A stretch of 63,436 nt of DNA, filler included, from Octopus bimaculoides (taxonomy: Eukaryota): NCBI RefSeq assembly GCF_001194135.2. It is 5 parts of 5 records of this genome, joined end to end, with 100 filler letters (N's around TTAATTAATTAA, not from the genome) between each part and the next. Parts side by side here need not be neighbours in the genome. Positions count along the whole stretch, not along the records: positions 40,435 to 54,439 come from NC_069010.1; 4 more parts are not named here. One strand, given 5' to 3'. Numbering within the stretch: position 1 is the first letter of the stretch; each line of letters opens with the position of its first letter. A program made the position numbers and the translations under genes. Under the pieces are notes generated by a model. That model had not been told where the DNA came from, ran no database searches, and saw nothing but the letters and a program-made list of their open reading frames with translations. Below, in pieces: positions 40,640-51,750 of this stretch.

Positions 40640-41010
40640 ACGACGGGCTTCTTTCAGTTTCTGTCTACCAAATCCACTCACAAGGCTTTGGTCGGCCCAA
40701 GGCTATAGTAGAAGACACTTGCCCAAGGTGTCACGCAGTGGGACTGAACCCGGAACCATGTTTGGATGGTAAGCAAGCTACTTACCACACAGCCACTTCT
40801 GCACCTATACATTCATACATATATATATGTATATATATATATACACATATACGACAGGCTTCTTTCAGTTTCCGTCTACCAAATCCATTCACAAGGCTTT
40901 GGTCGGCCCGAGGCTATAGTAGAAGACACTTGCCCAAGGTGCCACGCAGTGGGACTGAACCCGGAACCATGTGGTTGGTAAGCTAGCTACTTACCACACT
41001 GCCACTCCTA
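40640..41010 (-). mobile_element. Two tandem 5' halves of SINE family A
   Basis: acgggcttctttcagttt...cttaccacacagccac occurs twice (about 40640-40805 and 40850-41010). Confidence 0.8.
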
Positions 41011-41307
41011 GTGAAAATGGTTGTGTAACACCTGTTGTTTTGGCATTCATTAACTGATATTATGGTTTGTACCTACCTCACAAGAATCATTAGCATACCA
41101 AGTGAAATGGTATTTCTGTGGCACTTCATCCATGTCTATGTTCTGCGTTCAAATTCTGCTATGGTTGACTTTGCCTTTCATTATTTCGAGGTTGATAAAA
41201 TAGGGACCAGTTGAGCCCTGGGATTCTTGTAATTGACTTAACCCTTCCCCCAAAATTACTGGCCATGTGCCAAAATTTGAAGTCATTCTTTTCTTCTTTC
41301 TCTCCAG

Positions 41308-41458
41308 TCTAAGAACAAAGTCTCTCTCCGCAATCTATCCATGGTGTTACGTCAAATCCCTGGTATTCCGCCTTTGGAAAAGTTGGAAATAGTTAAAGAA
41401 AGCGTGGAAAAGGCCAAGGATGCTGTGCACATGGATATCACTGATGGAAGCTCATGGG
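41308..41458 (+). CDS. TTC5: Tetratricopeptide repeat protein 5, internal exon
   Basis: ctctccAG / GTATGT, 151 nt; SKNKVSLRNLSMVLRQ...ESVEKAKDAVHMDITDGSSW resembles human TTC5 NKVSLQNLSMVLRQ...AVQMDVHDGRSW (human sequence recalled from memory). Confidence 0.93.
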
Positions 41459-41559
41459 GTATGTCCACACTTCATTGTCTTTTTTTCTGTTTAACCCCAG
41501 GTCTGTCCTGATCCAGCAGATCTATGACCAAAAGTGTTCCAATTTTGATGTTCATCATC

Positions 41560-41712
41560 ATCATCGTTGTCGTTTAACGTCCGCTTTCCATGGGTTGGAC
41601 GATTTGACTGAGGACTGGTGAAACCGGATGGCAACACCAGGCTCCAATCTGATTTGGCAGAGTTTCTACAGCTGGATGCCCTTCCTAACACCAACCAGTC
41701 CGAGAGTGTATA

Positions 41713-41751
<39 letters not shown>

Positions 41752-42060
41752 TTATATATTTATATAAATATCATCATCATCATCATCGTTTAACGTCCGC
41801 TTTCCACGCTAGCATGGGTTGGACGATTTGACTGAGGACTGGTGAAACCAGATGGCTACACCAGGCTCCAATCGAATTTGGCAGAGTTTCTACAGCTGGA
41901 TGCCCTTCCTAACGCCAACTGCTCCGAGAGTGTAGTGGGTGCTTTTCCGTGCCACCGACACGAAGGCCAGTCAGGCGGTACTGGCAACGGCCACGCTCAA
42001 AATGGTGTATTTTATGTGCCACCTGCACAGGAGCCAGTTCGGCGGCACTGGCAACGGTCT
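41560..42060 (-). mobile_element. Two tandem copies of a LINE-tail-like repeat ending in (ATG)n
   Basis: catcatcgtttaacgtccgctttcca..gggttggacgatttgactgaggactgg; also at 44405-44720, 43060-43160 and, inverted, at 14020-14385. Confidence 0.7.
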
Positions 42061-42338
42061 TCTGTCTTATTACAGTTAATGTTTAGCCCCAGATCAGTCC
42101 TGAACCAACAGACCTATGATTAAAACATTTCAACATTTCTACTTAACTCAAAAGTGTTCTTTTTTTAAATAGCATTTAATTAATTAGCAATTAAGTAGCT
42201 CGCAGTATACATTAGACAATGTAGTTCTAGATACAATATACCTAAATAAAGGCTGGACGGTCATAGCTGGAACACCTTTGATCACAGGGCTGCAGGGTCA
42301 GAGTTGACCTGGGGTTAAACAAAAACTCAAGTAAACAT

Positions 42339-42750
42339 CTCTTTTACTCTTTTACTAGTTTCAGTCATTTGACTGCGGCCATTCTGGAGCACCGCCTTTA
42401 GTCAAGAGAATCGACCCCAGGACTTATTCTTTGTAAGCCTAGTACTTATTCTATCGGTCTCTTTTGCCGAACCGCTAAGTTACGGGGACGTAAACACACC
42501 ACCATCAGTTGTCAAGTGATGCTGGGGGGACAAACACAGACGCACAAACATATACACACACATATACATTTATATATATATGACGGGCTTCTTTCAGTTT
42601 GTGTCTACCAAATCCACTCACAAGGCTTTGGTCGGCCCGAGGCTATAGTAGAAGACACTTGCCCAAGGTGCCACGCAGTGGGACTGAACCCGGAACCATG
42701 TGGTTGGTAAGCAAGCTACTTACCACACAGCCACTGCCACTCCTGCGCCT
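42339..42750 (-). mobile_element. SINE family A, full length
   Basis: Reverse-complement match including head and tail. Confidence 0.85.
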
Positions 42751-42906
42751 ATCTTAAAATATGTTAAAAATCTATTAAAAGTTGTCAAAATCTATTAAAA
42801 ACATTAAAATTGTTAAAATATGTTTGAAACTGTGCTTTGCATATTTGATTTTTTTTTTTTTTGGTTCTATTTTTGATATTGTATTTGTTTCCTTTTAAAT
42901 CCACAG

Positions 42907-42998
42907 CTAATCTTGGAAATGCCTATCTGTCCCTTTTCTTTGCTGAAGGGCAGAACCCTAAAACTTTAAAACAAGCAATGAGTGCCTATAACCAAGCT
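42907..42998 (+). CDS. TTC5: TTC5 internal exon
   Basis: atccacAG / GTAAGT, 92 nt, phase 1 to 0; (A)[30 protein letters not shown]. Confidence 0.93.
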
Positions 42999-43184
42999 GT
43001 AAGTAGTGGGTTTTTTTAAAAATTATTATTTCAGTTGTATTGTGTATCAACATTATCATTGTTTAACATCCATTTTCCATGCTGGGATGGGTTGGACAGT
43101 TTGACTGAGGTCTGGAGAGCCAGCGGCTGCACCAGGCTCCAATCTGATCTGGCAATGCCCTTATACGATCTGTGTTGTATAGCC

Positions 43185-43454
43185 CAGAGGTTTTCAAACT
43201 GTGGTCCGCAAGGACAAGACAGGGGGGTCCGTGGACAGCAAATACTTTTTATGGGCAATTTGATCTTATATATGTTTTTTTAATCGAAATCTTTTAATTG
43301 ACAATAAACCTATTTGTTAAATACTGTTAAATAAACAAATGTAAAAAATATATGTTATTTTAAGCAAATATTTATGTATAAATTTCATAAGCGTTTATAA
43401 GGTAAAGCCTGAAATATAAAGGGGTCTGTGAGTCAAAAAGTTTGAAAACCCCTG
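43185..43454. mobile_element. hAT-type MITE (270 bp)
   Basis: TIRs cagaggttttcaaact / agtttgaaaacccctg (15/16 match); perfect 8-bp TSD GTATAGCC at 43177-43184 and 43455-43462. Confidence 0.9.
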
Positions 43455-44779
43455 GTATAGCCAGCTGGAGACGATGTCTCCTGGTGCTAAATTACAGCGA
43501 CATTAGTCTTAAACCAGGACTGTCATGTTATGTTGGCAAATAATCTTTACTACAAAGTACTGTTGCTGAATATCTCGCGTTGTGAAATTAAAAAATAATA
43601 ATTTTTTAAGTAGCAGAAGTTGTCTGCCTTCTTCATACAAGTGTAAGACATCTGAAAGCAGAATTTAAAAAAAAAAAGACAACAAACAATTAGAAGATAA
43701 GCAGAAAATTCATTCATAAATTCATCATTGTAATACAAAGCATGACAGAATGAATATAAAATGCCTCACACACGTATCAACAGCTTGCTCAATTAATATT
43801 TATTATGAGTTTTAAAAAGTTTTTAACGAGGAAAAAAATCACCTACCTTTCACCTCAGTATATAAACTTGCACAGCACAACCACCTCCTATGGCTGCTGG
43901 AACAATACTGAAGGTCAGTGGTGGTGGTGGTGGTGGGGGGGGTGTCTGTGAGTGCAGAAAGAAACACATTGCTGCAAACCTGTTGCAACTTGTTGTCGTG
44001 NNNNNNNNNNNNNNNNNNNNNNNNNNNNNNNNNNNNNNNNNNNNNNNNNNNNNNNNNNNNNNNNNNNNNNNNNNNNNNNNNNNNNNNNNNNNNNNNNNNN
44101 NNNNNNNNNNNNNNNNNNNNNNNNNNNNNNNNNNNNNNNNNNNNNNNNNNNNNNNNNNNNNNNNNNNNNNNNNNNNNNNNNNNNNNNNNNNNNNNNNNNN
44201 NNNNNNNNNNNNNNNNNNNNNNNNNNNNNNNNNNNNNNNNNNNNNNNNNNNNNNNNNNNNNNNNNNNNNNNNNNNNNNNNNNNNNNNNNNNNNNNNNNNN
44301 NNNNNNNNNNNNNNNNNNNNNNNNNNNNNNNNNNNNNNNNNNNNNNNNNNNNNNNNNNNNNNNNNNNNNNNNNNNNNNNNNNNNNNNNNNNNNNNNNNNN
44401 NNNCCTAACGCCAACCACTCCGAGAGTGTATATATATATATATCATCATCATCATCATCATCATCGTTTAACGTCCGCTTTCCATGCTAGCATGGGTTGG
44501 ACGATTTGACTGAGGACTGGCAAGCCAGAAGGCTGCACCAGGCTCCAATCTGATCTGGCAGTTTCTACAGCTGGATGCCCTTCCTAACGCCACCGGCATG
44601 AGGGCCAGTCACACAGTACTGGCAACGGCCATGCTCAAAAGGGTGTTTTTTTACGTGCCACCTGCACAGGAGCTAGTCCATGCGGTACTGGCAACGACCT
44701 CGCTCGAATGATTTTCTAACGTGCCATTATTATTGTCATCGTCATCATTATTATTATTATTATTGCTGCTACTGCAAAC

Positions 44780-44990
44780 TGGCAAAATTGTTAGGATGCC
44801 GAAGAAAATGCTTATTGACATTTCTCTCAAGTTTTACTTTCTGAATTCAAATTCTGCCGAGGTTGACTTTGCCTTTTATCCTTTCTTGTTCAATAATATA
44901 AGTACCAGTTGAACACTGGGTTCTGTGTAATCAGCTCACCATCTCCCCGAAATTGCTGGCCCTGTGCCAAAATTTGAAACCATTATCATC
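44780..44990 (+). mobile_element. SINE family B
   Basis: ttctgaattcaaattctgccgaggttgactttgcc core. Confidence 0.7.
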
Positions 44991-45087
44991 ATCATTATTA
45001 CTAAGATGGCAAGCAATTAGAACATGCTTGTATATATATATATGCACACATAGATGCACCTTAACAAATTTTCTTCGTTTATTCCAG

Positions 45088-45141
45088 GTGAGAGACCCAG
45101 TTGCCAAAAATAATCCTGATCTCCATTTTAACAGAGCCATC
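45088..45141 (+). CDS. TTC5: TTC5 internal exon
   Basis: ttattccAG / GTAAGT, 54 nt; VRDPVAKNNPDLHFNRAI. Confidence 0.92.
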
Positions 45142-46770
45142 GTAAGTCATATATTATCACTCATTTTTATGATGTCAGCAGTGGTGGTTATGGTAGGATC
45201 GCTGTTTATCCCCAGCTCAGCAGTTCCTGCTATTATCATCCTGTCCTTTGAGGGGAAGATTTCTTCAGAACTACATCATACAATGCAGGGATGTACAACT
45301 TCAATATTCTCAAAAAAGACCACCAGCAGTCCTTACCGTAAATCCTTGAGTATAATATGCAGGGGATTTTTAGGGGGCTGTACCTCTGAAAAACCTACAC
45401 CTTGTGTATAATACACACCCCTTTTCTAACTTGAGTCAAGGAGGTCTATATAACGTCCTTGGTTTGTAAACATATATACATTAACGTCCTTTATTATTAT
45501 TTTATATATAACATAATGCAAACGTGTAGCTTTTTTGTTAATTTTGTTAGCAGAAAATAAAGAAATAACAGTAATAACGTCAGTGAAAAATAAATATTAA
45601 GTAAATTGCCTTTATACATTTATCACCATCAGTTACAAAAGCAAAATCATTTATNNNNNNNNNNNNNNNNNNNNNNNNNNNNNNNNNNNNNNNNNNNNNN
45701 NNNNNNNNNNNNNNNNNNNNNNNNNNNNNNNNNNNNNNNNNNNNNNNNNNNNNNNNNNNNNNNNNNNNNNNNNNNNNNNNNNNNNNNNNNNNNNNNNNNN
45801 NNNNNNNNNNNNNNNNNNNNNNNNNNNNNNNNNNNNNNNNNNNNNNNNNNNNNNNNNNNNNNNNNNNNNNNNNNNNNNNNNNNNNNNNNNNNNNNNNNNN
45901 NNNNNNNNNNNNNNNNNNNNNNNNNNNNNNNNNNNNNNNNNNNNNNNNNNNNNNNNNNNNNNNNNNNNNNNNNNNNNNNNNNNNNNNNNNNNNNNNNNNN
46001 NNNNNNNNNNNNNNNNNNNNNNNNNNNNNNNNNNNNNNNNNNNNNNNNNNNNNNNNNNNNNNNNNNNNNNNNNNNNNNNNNNNNNNNNNNNNNNNNNNNN
46101 NNNNNNNNNNNNNNNNNNNNNNNNNNNNNNNNNNNNNNNNNNNNNNNNNNNNNNNNNNNNNNNNNNNNNNNNNNNNNNNNNNNNNNNNNNNNNNNNNNNN
46201 NNNNNNNNNNNNNNNNNNNNNNNNNNNNNNNNNNNNNNNNNNNNNNNNNNNNNNNNNNNNNNNNNNNNNNNNNNNNNNNNNNNNNNNNNNNNNNNNNNNN
46301 NNNNNNNNNNNNNNNNNNNNNNNNNNNNNNNNNNNNNNNNNNNNNNNNNNNNNNNNNNNNNNNNNNNNNNNNNNNNNNNNNNNNNNNNNNNNNNNNNNNN
46401 NNNNNNNNNNNNNNNNNNNNNNNNNNNNNNNNNNNNNNNNNNNNNNNNNNNNNNNNNNNNNNNNNNNNNNNNNNNNNNNNNNNNNNNNNNNNNNNNNNNN
46501 NNNNNNNNNNNNNNNNNNNNNNNNNNNNNNNNAGAGTCGTTATCTCCTCTTCAGCAGAGACCAGAATGGCAGGCGCTGCAACACACATGCACACAGCATA
46601 AAGATGATGATAATGGTTCTAAAAATTATTATCTTATATATGAGAGTATTGTAGTTCGCTTGAAGCATTGTGTATTGTTTGTAAAGAATAAAATGTTTAG
46701 AAAGGTATAACAATGCACTATAGAACAAAAAATGGACTGTATACCTGTTGTAACTTGGTTATCTATAGTC

Positions 46771-46808
46771 CGATGATATTTCGGGATTAGAATTCCTTCT
46801 TCAGATCT
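46771..46808 (-). ncRNA. Minimal type I hammerhead ribozyme-like motif
   Basis: Minus strand AGAT-CTGAAGA-A-GGAATT-CT-AATCCC-GAAA-TATC-ATCG: intact core, stem II with one mismatch, palindromic ATAT stem III, AUC site, 3-bp stem I. Confidence 0.5.
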
Positions 46809-46881
46809 TCTTAGCTGGAGTCTCTGCTATATATATCTTATATGTTTTTTTCTTTACTTTTGTTCTTTATAATCCTGCCAG

Positions 46882-47028
46882 GCATACAAATACCAGGAAG
46901 ACTACCAAGAGGCCCTGGAGGGTTTCTCTACAGCGAAAGCCCTTGACTGTGATTGGTTGGGCCCAGTGGAACAGGAGACGCGTTTGTTGGACTTTCTCAC
47001 CCAGTTAACCATGTTACAGAGCTCACAT
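46882..47028 (+). CDS. TTC5: TTC5 internal exon
   Basis: cctgccAG / GTAAGC, 147 nt; AYKYQEDYQEALEGFSTAKALDCDWLGPVEQETRLLDFLTQLTMLQSSH. Confidence 0.92.
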
Positions 47029-47487
47029 GTAAGCGCTTCTTTCTTCTTTCCTCTCAATAGCTGTAATGTGTGTGTATGTATTTGGATTGTCCAAAGCCTT
47101 GTGAGTGGATGTGGTAGACAGAAGTTGATAGAGGCCTGTTATATACATATGTATGTTTGGTGTGTGTTACTGTCTCCTTGCCTTAACATCAGATGGTAGT
47201 TGTAAATAAGTGTTACTGTTATACAAGCAGTGTTGTTCCTTCCCAATATTCTGTCACCTTCCAAGAAAGGTAATGTTTCTCCATGTCTGGCAATATTACC
47301 TTGCTCAAAAAGAAGTGAGGGTTGGCAACAGACAAGGCATCTGGCCGTAGAAAATTTGGCTTAATAAACTCTGTCCGACCTATGCAAGCACGGAAAAGTG
47401 AGCATTAAAACAATGATTATGGTTTCATGTATGTGTGTGTGTATATATATTTTCCAATTTTTGGGGGTTTATTTAATAAATGTGTAC

Positions 47488-47518
<31 letters not shown>

Positions 47519-47768
47519 CGCGTATACACACATATATATGTCATGGTAAAAGCACTGGTGATGGTGCCACATAAAAAGCACCCAGTACACTCTGGTGGTC
47601 ATTCCTCTTAATTTTGTATGTAATATATATATATATATATATATTATGTGATGTTAAGTTATCGTAAATGAATTATTAACACCTTTGTGACTTTTGGGCC
47701 ACTGTGTATATATACTCACATTTATAGAGTGGATATATACTAAAGTATGTATGAATTTTGTTTGACAG

Positions 47769-47900
47769 GGTAAAATGAAAGCGAAGAAGTTAATAAACCT
47801 GAGTAAGTCAATCAAGGAAAGTGACCTTGGTCCTTACCAGGGAGGTAACTATACCGCAGACAATGGACGGACCGTAGAGCTGAAGAAGAAAATGTTTAAG
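47769..47900 (+). CDS. TTC5: TTC5 internal exon
   Basis: tttgacAG / GTGAGA, 132 nt; GKMKAKKLINLSKSIKESDLGPYQGGNYTADNGRTVELKKKMFK. Confidence 0.9.
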
Positions 47901-48912
47901 GTGAGAATTGCTTCAATTTCCTCTTTCATTCATTAAATTTTTGTTTGTTTATTATTTAGTTGATGTTTTTAATTAGATATTTTTGTATTAATTAGTTTTT
48001 TTTTTTNNNNNNNNNNNNNNNNNNNNNNNNNNNNNNNNNNNNNNNNNNNNNNNNNNNNNNNNNNNNNNNNNNNNNNNNNNNNNNNNNNNNNNNNNNNNNN
48101 NNNNNNNNNNNNNNNNNNNNNNNNNNNNNNNNNNNNNNNNNNNNNNNNNNNNNNNNNNNNNNNNNNNNNNNNNNNNNNNNNNNNNNNNNNNNNNNNNNNN
48201 NNNNNNNNNNNNNNNNNNNNNNNNNNNNNNNNNNNNNNNNNNNNNNNNNNNNNNNNNNNNNNNNNNNNNNNNNNNNNNNNNNNNNNNNNNNNNNNNNNNN
48301 NNNNNNNNNNNNNNNNNNNNNNNNNNNNNNNNNNNNNNNNNNNNNNNNNNNNNNNNNNNNNNNNNNNNNNNNNNNNNNNNNNNNNNNNNNNNNNNNNNNN
48401 NNNNNNNNNNNNNNNNNNNNNNNNNNNNNNNNNNNNNNNNNNNNNNNNNNNNNNNNNNNNNNNNNNNNNNNNNNNNNNNNNNNNNNNNNNNNNNNNNNNN
48501 NNNNNNNNNNNAAACATATGTCAGAATAAAGTATGCAGTTATAACATGCATTCACTCCATTCCTTAAATTTATATATACTCAAATACCCAAAATATCAAG
48601 GAGTTTCTGCCTCAAAAACAGGAATTACACCACAGTTATTTTGTGATCTTTGCTACCCTGGTTTCTATTAACCCATTTATTCTATCCGAATTTTTATTAA
48701 TTAGGATAAAATAAATACATATAATTTAAATATATATATATATGAAATAAAAGAAGCTCTTAGTGTACTAAACATTATCAACAAAATACACTTAATATAT
48801 ATGCTCCCACCACACCGATAGTAGCTTACCAGGACCATGTGGTTGGGAAACAAGTTTCTTACTACGCAGCCAAACCTGATGTGATATTTGTGTTGTTTCT
48901 TTTTATTTCTAG

Positions 48913-48995
48913 GAACTGCAACCCGGGGTTAACAAACACACAGTGATTGTTGGTAAAGTTGTCTGCACAATATCACATGTTGATCCAATACCTTT
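48913..48995 (+). CDS. TTC5: TTC5 internal exon (start of OB-fold; last visible exon)
   Basis: ttatttctAG / GTAAGT, 83 nt; ELQPGVNKHTVIVGKVVCTISHVDPIP+TT; downstream exons not found in the resolved sequence. Confidence 0.9.
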
Positions 48996-50489
48996 GTAAG
49001 TATTTACTACTCACTTTGATGTGTGTACACACACACACACTCACATGTACACATTCTCTCTTTATCACCCAGCCATATTTAAATACATACACACATGCTT
49101 TCATGACATATATACACTTTTCCCTTCCCACAAGCAGACACACACGGTTATATGGAAATGTCTGATTGTCTTCCAGTCGCATCGAAACAGCTCCATCTCA
49201 CAGCTGTAGAAGAGTTTGGAAAGGACAACTGCAGAAGAGTTTGGAAAGGACAACTGCTTAAAATACAATGATTATCATTTGGATTTGCGACAGCAGGGGG
49301 GAGTCCCTGTATATACTCTCTTTTACTCTTTTACTTGTTTCAGTCTTTTGACTGTGGCCATGCTGGAGCACCACCTTTAGTCGAGCAAATTGACCCCCCC
49401 CCCCGGACTTATTCTTTGGANNNNNNNNNNTGGCCATGCTGGAGCACCACCTTTAGTCGAGCAAATTGACCCCCCCCCCCGGACTTATTCTTTGGAAGCC
49501 TAGTACTTATTCTATCAGTCTCTTTTTGCCGAACTGCTAAGTCATGAAGACACAAACATATGCATACACAGGATACACAGACACACAAACATATGCACAC
49601 ACACACACNNNNNNNNNNNNNNNNNNNNNNNNNNNNNNNNNNNNNNNNNNNNNNNNNNNNNNNNNNNNNNNNNNNNNNNNNNNNNNNNNNNNNNNNNNNN
49701 NNNNNNNNGTTTCGTTAATGAAAAATGTGGCCCCCGTTTTAAAAAAGATCCGTAATTTCTCAATGACTAACAGACCTTGTCTCGTGTAAAGAGGTGCAAC
49801 GGTGTGAGGGTGGGGTGGCTTTTGTTTACTGAACGTCGTTATCTATTTATCTACCGATCTAAATATCTATCTATCTGCTTGTATGTCTATCTACCTATCC
49901 CTATTGATCGCCCCCCCCCACGTTTTTTTTTTTCTTCCCGCGATCCCTTTTGATCCAAATTATCCCCCCCCCCCCCAAAAGCTCTACTTTGTAATTTGTC
50001 CATTTTCTGTATTTAGCCCTGTGTGGCTATAATAAAAAGATATCTACCTACCCATCTATCTGTCTGTCTGTATGTATGTATGTATGTTTCTCTATCTACC
50101 TATTTATGTATCCGTCTATCTATATAACTATCTATATTTATATAAACATAAACATATATTTCGCGAATAAATGATGGATTTTTTTCCCTTATGAGGTTTT
50201 TTCACGCTAGCTACTTGATAAATTCTTGTAAAAGAATTCGTCCTATTATTGAATTTGTATATAACCATCCATCTACCTACCTATCTATCTATCTATCTAT
50301 CTATCTATCCATCCATCCATCCATCCATCCATCTTTCCAAAATTTGAGCCTTTATCCATATTTCTCAGAAACTGTCCATGCATCCACCTTGTCTTTCAAC
50401 CCTGCAATCTTCTTTTCAACTTCAGTTTTTTTTTAATTCTTCTTTGTTGGTACACGACTCCGTCTCTCTGATCCCAGCCAATTTAATTC

Positions 50490-51307
50490 GGATCTTTTTT
50501 AAAACGGGGGCCACATTTTTCATTAATGTTTTACGTAGTGTTTTTGGTACCGAAAGACTTTCAAACTTCGTATACTTATCTATTTTGTGTTATAGAACAG
50601 AAAAATATTTTTGTATTCGAATTTATTTTATGTAAAAAATTGTCTTATTTCGATAATTTCAACCAATCACTGACAAGTATTCAGTTGTTTATATTTANNN
50701 NNNNNNNNNNNNNNNNNNNNNNNNNNNNNNNNNNNNNNNNNNNNNNNNNNNNNNNNNNNNNNNNNNNNNNNNNNNNNNNNNNNNNNNNNNNNNNNNNNNN
50801 NNNNNNNNNNNNNNNNNNNNNNNNNNNNNNNNNNNNNNNNNNNNNNNNNNNNNNNNNNNNNNNNNNNNNNNNNNNNNNNNNNNNNNNNNNNNNNNNNNNN
50901 NNNNNNNNNNNNNNNNNNNNNNNNNNNNNNNNNNNNNNNNNNNNNNNNNNNNNNNNNNNNNNNNNNNNNNNNNNNNNNNNNNNNNNNNNNTTTTTCATTT
51001 TAAATTTACTTTAACCCTAACCCTAACCCTAACCCTAACCCTAGGGTTAGGGTTAGGGTTAGGGTTAATTGTTTCAGAATCGTTTGTTTATGTAGTCGGC
51101 ACTTAATGTATATCGGCTGAATGGACGTCAGTGATTGGTTGAAATTACAGAAATACGACAACTTTAACATGGAATAACTTATGGATTTCTTTTTTTTTTA
51201 AAGAAGACTAAGAGAAAAAGATGTTTTATATGACACATTCTACCAGTGTTCCAAGTTTCAAAGTGTTTCGTTAATGAAAAATGTGGCCCCCGTTTTAAAA
51301 AAGATCC
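50490..51307. mobile_element. Non-autonomous DNA transposon (MITE) with perfect 37-bp TIRs; superfamily not assigned
   Basis: ggatcttttttaaaacgggggccacatttttcattaa (50490-50526) is the exact reverse complement of 51271-51307; a third TIR copy lies at 49715-49751. Confidence 0.75.
51012..51067. repeat. Inverted telomere-like repeat (TAACCC)5-TA-(GGGTTA)4
   Basis: Read directly; 51018-51067 is a loopless 50-nt perfect palindrome. Confidence 0.95.
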
Positions 51308-51404
51308 CGTTTATCTCTTCTATACACACACACAAACAAACACACACACACACATATATGGAGACCCCCTTCGGTCATGTATGACCATAGGATTGCACCC
51401 AAAA

Positions 51405-51750
51405 GGCACCTTGGGCAAATGTCTTCTATTATAGCCTCGGGCCGACCAAAGCCTTGTGAGTGGATTTGGTAGACGGAAACTGATAGAAGCCCGTCGTATA
51501 TATATATATGTATGTATGTATGTGTGTTTGTGTGTCTGTGTTTGTCCCCCCATCATCGCTTGACAACCGATGCTGGTGTGTTTACGTCCCCGTAACTTAG
51601 CGGTTCGGCAAAAAGAGAGACCGATAGAATAAGTACTAGGCTTACAAAGAATAAGTCCTGGGGTCGATTTGCTCGACTAAAAGGCGGCGGTGCTCCAGCA
51701 TGGCCGCAGTCAAATGACTGAAACAAGTAAAAGAGTAAAAGAGTAAAGAG
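51405..51750 (+). mobile_element. SINE family A, 5'-truncated
   Basis: Collinear from ggcaccttgggcaa to the gtaaaagag tail. Confidence 0.8.

Noticed and set aside
21717-48995. Interleaved or bidirectional GPCR-TTC5 gene pair
   Set aside because: An artificial spacer separates the two exon sets and both 5' ends are missing, so the arrangement cannot be claimed from this window
49335-49500. Direct duplication of a SINE A segment either side of 10 N
   Set aside because: Identical sequence on both sides of a tiny gap is typical of unmerged contig overlap
51012-51067. Ancient chromosome end-to-end fusion site
   Set aside because: Orientation is CCCTAA then TTAGGG (a fusion gives the reverse), the tract is short, and it sits inside a TIR element
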